Part shown: positions 54,952 to 62,473 of the stretch, in pieces | Layout: the number at the start of each line of letters is the position of its first letter | Numbering within the stretch: position 1 is the first letter of the stretch | From: Candidatus Sulfotelmatobacter sp. | GTDB lineage: Bacteria; Acidobacteriota; Terriglobia; Terriglobales; Acidobacteriaceae | Direction of reading: 5' to 3' | Length of the DNA stretch: 64,000 bases | Assembly (NCBI GenBank): GCA_035264195.1 | Contig: DATFQQ010000217.1 | Coordinates: 2,028 to 66,027 of the forward strand | Made by a program: the position numbers and the translations under genes | Notes under the pieces: generated by a model | Seen by the model: only the letters and a program-made list of their open reading frames with translations | Database searches by the model: none | Told to the model about the DNA's origin: nothing

Positions 54952-57390
54952 ATGCCAAATGTCACTCCGCGATACCCTCATGCACGTCTTCTAAGAAGAG
55001 TTCTTCTGGTGGGCTCATTGATCTGCGCCCCGCTGCCAGTGTCGTCCGTGGCGCAGAACCAGAGTTTCGCCGCGGAGCAAGGCAATAAGACGATCAAATT
55101 GCATCCGCTCCCGCTGAACCATCTCAGGCTCACGGGGGGACCGCTCAAAGCCGCTCAAGACGCCGACGCGAAATACTTGCTCGAACTTCAGCCAGATCGC
55201 ATGCTTGCTTTTCTTCGCCAACGCGCCGGGCTGAAAGCCAAGGCGGAAGGCTATGGCGGCTGGGATGGTCCAGGGCGCAATCTCACAGGACACATTGCAG
55301 GCCACTACCTCTCCGCAGTTAGCCTGATGTGGGCTGCGACTGGAGACGCTCGCTTCAAAGAGCGCTCCGACTACATCGTCGAACAGTTGAAAGAGATTCA
55401 GGATGCTCAAGGCGATGGCTATATCGGCGCTTTGGAAGACAACCAGGGTGTTGACGGTAAACAGCGCTTCGTTGACTTAAGCAATGGCGTCATCAAATCC
55501 GGGGGGTTCGATCTGAACGGCCTCTGGTCTCCTTGGTATGTCGAGCATAAACTTTTTGCTGGCCTGAGGGACGCCTATCGATACACAGGCAATCAAACTG
55601 CGTTGCAGGTGGAAATCAAGTTTGCAGGGTGGGTTGAGAAAATTCTGTCTCGACTAAGCGACGATCAATTGCAACGCATGTTGGGCACCGAATTCGGAGG
55701 AATGAACGAAGTCCTTGCCGAACTGTACGCCGATACCGGTGACGAGCGGTGGCTAATTCTCACTGACAAATTCCATCAGAAGGCAATTCTCGATCCTCTC
55801 TCGCAAGATCACGACGTAATAGCGCACACGCATGGCAACACCCAAATCCCCAAGGTGTATGGGGCGCTCATGCGCTACGTCTATACGGGCAATCAGGCTG
55901 ATGAAGAAACAGCCAAGTTTTTCTGGAATCAAGTCGTCGATCACTACAGCTTCGCCACGGGAGGCGACGGCAAGAACGAATACTTTGGCGCTCCCGACAA
56001 GCTGAACGATATGGTCGACGGCCGCACGGCTGAGACGTGCAATGTGTACAACATGCTGAAGATGACGCGCACGCTCTTCTCCGTCGAGCCCGATATTCGC
56101 TATGCCGATTTCCATGAGCGCGCATTGTTTAACCACATTCTTTCTTCGCAGGATCCACGCGATGGAACTGTCACCTACATGCTTCCCGTTGGCCGCGGAG
56201 TTCAACACGAATATCAACGCATGTTCGAGGACTTTACCTGCTGCGTCGGTTCCAGCATGGAAAGCCACGCGCTGCACGGTGCCGGAATCTATTACTACAA
56301 GAACTCCGAGGAGTTCTGGATTAGCCTCTACGCACCTTCCACCGCTCGCTGGGACTCGGCTGGCGTTGAACTGGAGACGGCGACCGACTTTCCGATCGGC
56401 TCATCTGCTTCGGTGAAAATCCAAACTAAAATTCCAAAGACATTCACGCTCGCTCTGCGGCGGCCGTATTGGGCCGGCGACGGGTTCAGCGTGAAAGTAA
56501 ACGGCCGTCCGTTGAAGGATCTCCCTGCTGCGGATTCGTACGTCAAGATCAACCGCGTCTGGAAGCAAGGTGATAAGGTGGATCTCGTTCTCCCGAAAGT
56601 CCTACATGAAGACCCATTGCCAGACAATCCCAGCCGAATGGCGTTAATGTGGGGACCACTCGTTCTGGCTGGCGATCTTGGACCGGACATTCCCCAGCGC
56701 GAAGGCGACGAAGAAACTCCGAAGGGACCAACCGCGCCTCCACTCGTCGCTGATAAACCACTCGAGCAGTGGCTCAAGCCAGAGTCCGAGAAGCCAGGCT
56801 GGTTCAAGACGGCCGGAGTTGGACTAACCAATGACATCGAATTCGCTCCTCTTTACGAACTGCCACGCCGGAGATATGCAGTCTACTGGGATGTATTTAC
56901 TCCCGAAGAATGGAGCAAGCGATCAGCCGAGTACAAGGCTGAGCAGGAAAAGCAGCAGAAACTCCAGGCTGCGACGATCGCTTTTGCCCAGCCCGGCGAA
57001 ATGCAATCAGAGCGCGACTTCAACGAACAAGGAGAAGAGTCTAAGCCACTGGTCTGGAGAGGACATCATGGCCGCGGCGGAAAAGGTTGGTTCTCGTTCG
57101 ATCTGCCGGTAGACAACGCGCACCCGGTTGCGCTCTGGGTGACCTACGGCGGCGAGTCGTGGCGAAAGAGCAGTTTCGACATCTTTGTCGACGGCCAAAA
57201 AATCGCTGATCGTGACGAGCCTACACGCAGCCCTGATCAGGAATTGCAGTTAACTGATGTCCGCTACGCGATTCCGCCCGAGTTGCTCACCGGTAAGAAC
57301 AAGATAACCGTACGATTCGCGGCGACGAATGGAAATGATATCCGCGGAGTATTTGGACTGCGCACCATACGCGCCGACGAGGCACGCTGA
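54952..57390 (+). CDS. DUF1680/GH127-family glycoside hydrolase with extra C-terminal domain, secreted
   Basis: Sec-type signal LLRRVLLVGSLICAPLPVSSVAQ. Family motifs AETCNVYNM (Glu-x-Cys) and FTCCVGSSMESH (Cys-Cys). About 150 to 200 aa longer than the other two paralogs at the C-terminus. Confidence 0.8.
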   Translation: MPNVTPRYPHARLLRRVLLVGSLICAPLPVSSVAQNQSFAAEQGNKTIKLHPLPLNHLRLTGGPLKAAQDADAKYLLELQPDRMLAFLRQRAGLKAKAEGYGGWDGPGRNLTGHIAGHYLSAVSLMWAATGDARFKERSDYIVEQLKEIQDAQGDGYIGALEDNQGVDGKQRFVDLSNGVIKSGGFDLNGLWSPWYVEHKLFAGLRDAYRYTGNQTALQVEIKFAGWVEKILSRLSDDQLQRMLGTEFGGMNEVLAELYADTGDERWLILTDKFHQKAILDPLSQDHDVIAHTHGNTQIPKVYGALMRYVYTGNQADEETAKFFWNQVVDHYSFATGGDGKNEYFGAPDKLNDMVDGRTAETCNVYNMLKMTRTLFSVEPDIRYADFHERALFNHILSSQDPRDGTVTYMLPVGRGVQHEYQRMFEDFTCCVGSSMESHALHGAGIYYYKNSEEFWISLYAPSTARWDSAGVELETATDFPIGSSASVKIQTKIPKTFTLALRRPYWAGDGFSVKVNGRPLKDLPAADSYVKINRVWKQGDKVDLVLPKVLHEDPLPDNPSRMALMWGPLVLAGDLGPDIPQREGDEETPKGPTAPPLVADKPLEQWLKPESEKPGWFKTAGVGLTNDIEFAPLYELPRRRYAVYWDVFTPEEWSKRSAEYKAEQEKQQKLQAATIAFAQPGEMQSERDFNEQGEESKPLVWRGHHGRGGKGWFSFDLPVDNAHPVALWVTYGGESWRKSSFDIFVDGQKIADRDEPTRSPDQELQLTDVRYAIPPELLTGKNKITVRFAATNGNDIRGVFGLRTIRADEAR

Positions 57391-57456
57391 GTACGGAGGT
57401 GGTCGGCACGAGCAGATGCCTCGGCGCTTTTCGCGCCTCGGAATGACAAGGGAAAA

Positions 57457-58218
57457 TTAGAACAGAATGGCCAAAAGCTGGTCACTCATCTGCCCGACTT
57501 TCTTTCGGCATGTGCTGTGCTTGCGGAAAGAATGAAAGAAGTTGCCGCGTCGACAACATACTCGTTTCGGTACGTTGACCTGCATACTCGATCGCGTAGA
57601 TTCCAGGCTCTCGCACTTCCAAGAAATCGAAAGTGTCGAGTATGCGTAACGCAACCACTTGCCCCATGGCCGAACCTGACCCGTAAACGCCTCTCGCCAA
57701 TCACCCTCGGCTGACAGTCGCACCACGTTGCGACCATCAAGGAGCAAGATCGAGCCCGATTCAGAATTGATAGTGACTCGTGACAACGGATCTTCGGGGG
57801 AGAGGACGATCCTATCGCTCTGGCTAGAGGCATCGGTTCTGGAGAGCAGATGCCTTTTCCGTCGGACTGCCGGAGTGACACGTAAATATTCCGGCCATTC
57901 CTCCTGTAACAAGTGACTTGCCGAGTAGAGGTCGGGTGCAAATTCCAGATTGAACCCCGCTTTACCAACTTGCGCTGACGGAAGTGCATCGTCGAGCTGG
58001 ACGGCAATTCGAAAGCCTTCACTCTCCGGACGGACATCCACGCGATCCTTCAAGCCGCGATCGGTAGGCCTCGCGACAATAAATTCGATGACGCACGAGT
58101 CTTTTTTCCCTGTGGGAGTGTTTTGGCGTACATTGGCGCATCCATGGAGCGTAAGCGCTTGGTAGGCTGAACTGAGAGTTGTTAAATCATGAGTCTTTAC
58201 CCTACGTCGCGTAACGTC
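57457..58218 (-). pseudogene. possible decayed gene remnant (frameshifted, no ATG/GTG start)
   Basis: The minus-strand frame is open from about 58218 but contains no ATG or GTG, only a TTG at 58053. The sequence is protein-like as far as ...LSAEGDWREAFTG, then reads as junk. Protein-like sequence resumes in another frame (57482..57700: VVALRILDTFDFLEVREPGIYAIEYAGQ), consistent with a 1-nt indel near 57660-57700. Confidence 0.3.
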
Positions 58219-58509
58219 GACAACTTTTCACACTTAACGAAGCCGCAGGAACGATCGGGACTGAGGCAGCAAATTGAGAGTTTTTTCAAATCGGCTGCCG
58301 CACAATCCACCCAACCGCATTTATGCTCCCGTTGTGGCGCAGAGTTGAGGTACATCGATACGACCTTCTCGCTGCTGGGAACAAGTTCCGCATGGAATAT
58401 AAAAGTTCCCACGTGCGGTTGCACCGTAGAAAACGGTGCTAGCGCTGGCAGCAAGCAGACGGAGCGGGTCCCGTTGGATGGGGACACGAAGAAAGCAAGT
58501 GCCGCTTAA
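58189..58509 (+). CDS. hypothetical small protein with CxxC...CxC zinc-ribbon-like motif
   Basis: 106-aa ORF. CSRCGAELRYIDTTFSLLGTSSAWNIKVPTCGC carries four Cys arranged like a zinc ribbon. The RBS is weak. I recognise no family. Confidence 0.3.
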   Translation: MSLYPTSRNVDNFSHLTKPQERSGLRQQIESFFKSAAAQSTQPHLCSRCGAELRYIDTTFSLLGTSSAWNIKVPTCGCTVENGASAGSKQTERVPLDGDTKKASAA

Positions 58510-58533
58510 AGTACGCAGCGTCACTGTTCTACG

Positions 58534-59658
58534 TCAGGCCACCTGGCGAGATGGCGGACCTGCATGAATGACTCCAGGTTTGCCGTGCGCCGGACGATGG
58601 ATGTCCTGACGATCGCTAGGTCCCTTGCGAACCGGGACGCCCCGAACCGGCACAGTCCTTCTGGTGCGGATCGATTCGTAAATCGCTTCAATAATACGAA
58701 CATCCGCGAGTCCTTCGAAGCCGTCCGGCTCCGGGTCCCTATTTTTGAGGATGCAGTCTGAGAAATACGTCAGCTCTGCGGCAAACTGATCCCGCTTACC
58801 GAAGACTCTTGTTTTCCTCTTTTCAGCGATTGTTGTCTCGAGTTTGATCCCTTCTGCGTACTGATAAGCTGGGTCGACACGAAGTGCTCCCTTGCTGCCG
58901 GTAAGCGTATATCGACTCACGTCGTGGCCGCCGAAGCTGGAGGTAAAAGTCGCTAGGCGCTCTCCGGGAAAGCGCATGGCCACGGATACCATTTCTTCGG
59001 TCTGAGTAAACCGGGTATCACCTTTTTTCGACTCGGCTAATGCGGTAACTTCGACTGGCTCCGACCGGAAAAGATACCGTGCCGCATTGATACAGTACAC
59101 GCCCATATCGTAAAGAGGACCGCCACCATGGGTGACAGGTTCTTTCACGCGAACATTGCTCTCAATAACTTGCTGGGCGAATTCCGAGGTGAAAAAGCGA
59201 GGATTTCCGATTCTGCCGGAGTTTGCCAGTTTGATCGCCTCCAAATTACCTGCCTCGAAGTGAAGCCGATAAGCAATCATCAGCTTTGTATAGTTTTGCT
59301 CAGACGCATTAATCATGGCCAGGCAGTCTTCAGCTGTCGGCGCCATCGGTTTCTCGCACAGCACATGGACTCCGGCAGCCGCAGCACGCACCGCATATTC
59401 GCGGTGCAGGTGATTTGGCAATGTAATAAATACCGCGTCAACGTTAGAGAGTGCACGACTGAAGTCGTTGTAAGAATACAGATGTTCAAGCTTGTACTTC
59501 TTGCCCAGTGTCCCAAGTTTCTCAGGATCGTCGGACACCAGTGCCAGTAACTCCGAATTGCGTGCATTTTCAAAGGCGGGCAGCACGGCGACCTGTGCGA
59601 TATGACCTAAGCCCACCACTGCATAGCGAACTCGACTTCTGGATGTGCGCTGATTCAT
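58534..59658 (-). CDS. Gfo/Idh/MocA-family NAD(P)-dependent sugar oxidoreductase
   Basis: VRYAVVGLGHIAQVAVLPAF Rossmann start and the EKPMA motif. Glucose-fructose-oxidoreductase-like length. Confidence 0.9.
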   Translation of the reverse strand: MNQRTSRSRVRYAVVGLGHIAQVAVLPAFENARNSELLALVSDDPEKLGTLGKKYKLEHLYSYNDFSRALSNVDAVFITLPNHLHREYAVRAAAAGVHVLCEKPMAPTAEDCLAMINASEQNYTKLMIAYRLHFEAGNLEAIKLANSGRIGNPRFFTSEFAQQVIESNVRVKEPVTHGGGPLYDMGVYCINAARYLFRSEPVEVTALAESKKGDTRFTQTEEMVSVAMRFPGERLATFTSSFGGHDVSRYTLTGSKGALRVDPAYQYAEGIKLETTIAEKRKTRVFGKRDQFAAELTYFSDCILKNRDPEPDGFEGLADVRIIEAIYESIRTRRTVPVRGVPVRKGPSDRQDIHRPAHGKPGVIHAGPPSRQVA

Positions 59659-59696
59659 ATCTTCCTCTAAGCGGTTGAAGTCACAAGGAAAAAGCG

Positions 59697-59933
59697 TTAG
59701 GCGGCGCGGTCTGCCACATTAGACTTGCCCGCAGCCTTGGCACAGTGTGCGCAGCAAAAGATCTGATCGCCGACCTCGATTCCGTGGCCGATAATGCGAC
59801 ATGAGCAATGACTGCAGGATGGCGCGACAGCAGCGATGGCGCACTCAAAACTGTCAAAGGTGCGACGCCTACCGCCGATGATGACGTCAAAGCACTTGTC
59901 GTATTGGTTTCCGCAGATTTCGCAAGTTGCCAT
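59697..59933 (-). CDS. small cysteine-rich putative metal-binding protein (78 aa, 10 Cys)
   Basis: MATCEICGNQYDKCFDVIIGGRRRTFDSFECAIAAVAPSCSHCSCRIIGHGIEVGDQIFCCAHCAKAAG. GAGGG RBS 9 nt upstream. The ordered Cys pairs are CxxC, CxxC, CxC, CCxxC. Confidence 0.65.
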   Translation of the reverse strand: MATCEICGNQYDKCFDVIIGGRRRTFDSFECAIAAVAPSCSHCSCRIIGHGIEVGDQIFCCAHCAKAAGKSNVADRAA

Positions 59934-60078
59934 GAACGTACCCTCAAACTGTGGTGTTTTGGCAGGGTTAGGTGCCTTAGACTTGCCGAAAGTTGCAGCC
60001 TATGAGAAGAGAAAGCAATCAAATTCAACTGAGCACTAAACCACGAGTAGTGACTCCGCCAGGTGGTCCTCCTCAGCG

Positions 60079-61461
60079 TTAGTGAGAGGGTGTATTGAAA
60101 TCAGCCGTTCCAACTCTGACAATGGTGCCCGTCCGCTGTGGTTTGCCTTCGTTGGTCTCCTCTTTAGCCTCTGTCGCTGGCAGGGGCGTAGGCTTCTCGG
60201 TCCAGACCCCGTACACGCGTCCCCCATATGCCGCGAGCCCGCTGTAATCGCCAAAGAACACTCCTCCGGCTTCGAATGGGTCCTCCGTCCATGCGTAATT
60301 CTTGAATGACGATCCGCCATCGGTGGAACGCGCCAGCACTACGCTCTGCTTACGGTTCTGCGGGTCCTGCCTTCGATCGTAGAAAACCACGTTGACGGAA
60401 CTATCGGTGGGATCCACCGCAAGCCATTGAAAGAACTGCTCAGCGGCATTGTGAGCCGGATCGTTGTTCACGCGAACTGGTGCGGTCCAGTGCTTGCCTC
60501 GATCGCTCGAACTCGAAAGAAAAACATCCAGATCGCCGTTCCGATAATCGCTCCAAGTCACATACAGACGGTCGCTCTTGGGATCGATGGCGATCTGCGG
60601 AAATCCGTTGGCCCGATCGAGGGTATTGATGGCGAACATGATAGGAGCTGTGTGGAGGATCGAGCGGGCATGAGAAAAGCTCTTACCGCCATCTCGCGAC
60701 GAGGTAAACATGATGTCATTGTCCTGGCTCCAAGTAGCGTAGAGCGTGCCATCGGAGCCGACCGTGCCGTCGAATCCTTCAGCGGCGCCGTTGTCATCGC
60801 GAGGTAATCCAGGGTGGGCGTCGATCTCGATCGGCTGGGACCACGTTTTGCCGTCATCCGTTGAGCGCGAAAGTAGCATCTGCGAGTCGGTCAACCGCCA
60901 GCGCGTCCACCCCACGTAGAGATTCCCCGCGAATTTACTCTTGCTGTTGTCAGCTACGATGTATGGCTTATCCTCAAAGGGAATTCCTGCAGCTGTGGGC
61001 TGCTCGGCAACTGGATAGTGTTCTGCCTCCCAAGTCTTCCCACCGTCAAGCGAGCGCCTTACGAAAATGCCATTGCGCGTTGCGCCATGCGCCCAATAGT
61101 TAAAGGTGCCAAGCTTGTCGAATGCGATGTAACAGACGAAGGCATGACCCTGGTTGTCGAAAACAGTCGAAACGTCGCCCGAAACCCTGTAGTTTTTCGG
61201 ATCCACGCCTTCTGCTGACTGCCAGTTATGACCGGCATCTTCCGAGTAAGACGCATGAACATTGTCTTGAAAAACCGCGACCACCTGTTTCGGGTTCGAC
61301 GGATTCACGGCGATGGCCGGCTCAGTGAAATACCCGGGCTGCTGAACGAGCGTGAAAACCTCCGCTTGAGGAGCCTTCGGGAGATCCTGCGCATGAACAG
61401 GTGCCGAAACCACAACAATGGCGGCTAGAGCACGGAAAATTAACCTTCGTAATGATTCCAT
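60079..61461 (-). CDS. BNR/Asp-box repeat beta-propeller protein (sialidase-fold glycosidase-like), secreted
   Basis: Sec signal MESLRRLIFRALAAIVVVSAPVHAQ. Six Asp-boxes: SEDAGHNW, SLDGGKTW, STDDGKTW, SRDGGKSF, SSDRGKHW, STDGGSSF. No FRIP motif seen. Confidence 0.8.
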   Translation of the reverse strand: MESLRRLIFRALAAIVVVSAPVHAQDLPKAPQAEVFTLVQQPGYFTEPAIAVNPSNPKQVVAVFQDNVHASYSEDAGHNWQSAEGVDPKNYRVSGDVSTVFDNQGHAFVCYIAFDKLGTFNYWAHGATRNGIFVRRSLDGGKTWEAEHYPVAEQPTAAGIPFEDKPYIVADNSKSKFAGNLYVGWTRWRLTDSQMLLSRSTDDGKTWSQPIEIDAHPGLPRDDNGAAEGFDGTVGSDGTLYATWSQDNDIMFTSSRDGGKSFSHARSILHTAPIMFAINTLDRANGFPQIAIDPKSDRLYVTWSDYRNGDLDVFLSSSSDRGKHWTAPVRVNNDPAHNAAEQFFQWLAVDPTDSSVNVVFYDRRQDPQNRKQSVVLARSTDGGSSFKNYAWTEDPFEAGGVFFGDYSGLAAYGGRVYGVWTEKPTPLPATEAKEETNEGKPQRTGTIVRVGTADFNTPSH

Positions 61462-61504
61462 TTATAGTCCTCGGGTCGCTTCACGGCAGAATCAATCTCC
61501 GAAC

Positions 61505-62473
61505 TTAACTTGCGCAAAGAGCCGCGCCTCCGGCGATACCAGCGTCGGCCCCGTAATGCGCCATTCGCAACGGGATCTCATTTGCTTTTGGATTGACGCA
61601 CCACTCCGGTAGCTTAAGCTGAATCTGCTCAAAAAACGGCTTCAGCATCGCCGCAACGCCTCCACCGATAACGATCACATCGGGATCGAGCAAATCCACA
61701 ATACTTCCCAGCCATGGGGTCAGAAGTTCGACCGTCTCCGTGAGGACCTCTTGTGCCATTGGATCCCCGACAGCATATGCCCGCGCGACAGTTTGGCTCG
61801 TGACCGACGCAACGTCGCCACTAGCGAGGCCGAGCATTGCGGAATCGCGCGACCGATCCGCAGTGAGCTTGGTCCGCGCCCGTGCCCCAATCGCTGTGCC
61901 ACTCGCTAGCACCTCGATGCATCCGCGCTTACCACAGCCACAGACCGGCCCTCGATAGTCGATGCTTACGTGACCTCCCTCGCCAGCTGAGCCTGTCTTG
62001 CCGTGATAAATCGCGCCGTCGAAGACTATGCCAGTTCCGATTCCGGTACCGATCGTGGCGTAAAACACGTAGCGAAAACCGCGCGCCACGCCCCACCGGG
62101 TTTCGGCGAGTGCTGCGGCATTGGCGTCGTTGTCTACCTTGACCGGGATTCGATAGAGCGCCCTGACTCTTTCCGCGAGCGGAAAGTTCCGCCAGCAGGG
62201 AACGTTCGGTGGATTCAGAACCACTCCGGTGCGCGGATCGAGCGGCCCCGGCGCACAGATTCCGATACCCTGTATTGCGTTCCCCGCATCGGTTGCGATT
62301 ACTGACCGGATTGCCTTATCAACCGCGTCGAAACCGGCTTCCGCTGTTCCATTCGCGGCCATCGGTGTCCGCGTCTGGGAAAGAATCTTGCCGTAGTCGT
62401 CGACAACCCCAACGGCAACCTTGGTTCCTCCGATGTCGACACCGAGATATGGGCCTCTTTCTTTCTCTGTCAT
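61505..62473 (-). CDS. ROK-family sugar kinase (glucokinase-like)
   Basis: LGVDIGGTKVAVGVVD ATP-binding start and the ROK zinc motif CGCGKRGCIE. The start overlaps the GH38 stop by 4 nt. Confidence 0.9.
   Translation of the reverse strand: MTEKERGPYLGVDIGGTKVAVGVVDDYGKILSQTRTPMAANGTAEAGFDAVDKAIRSVIATDAGNAIQGIGICAPGPLDPRTGVVLNPPNVPCWRNFPLAERVRALYRIPVKVDNDANAAALAETRWGVARGFRYVFYATIGTGIGTGIVFDGAIYHGKTGSAGEGGHVSIDYRGPVCGCGKRGCIEVLASGTAIGARARTKLTADRSRDSAMLGLASGDVASVTSQTVARAYAVGDPMAQEVLTETVELLTPWLGSIVDLLDPDVIVIGGGVAAMLKPFFEQIQLKLPEWCVNPKANEIPLRMAHYGADAGIAGGAALCAS

Noticed and set aside
57417-57447. GCCTCGGCGCTTTTCGCGCCTCGG after the GH127-like 3 stop, which at first looked like a terminator.
   Set aside because: The arms are largely mirror repeats, not inverted repeats. 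Only a 5-bp GGCGC/GCGCC stem can form, and no T-tract follows.
59672-59690. GGAAAAAGCGTTAGGC near the Cys-rich gene stop, resembling the operator core.
   Set aside because: The right half-site (TTAGGC) and the left G position do not fit the consensus, and it abuts coding sequence.
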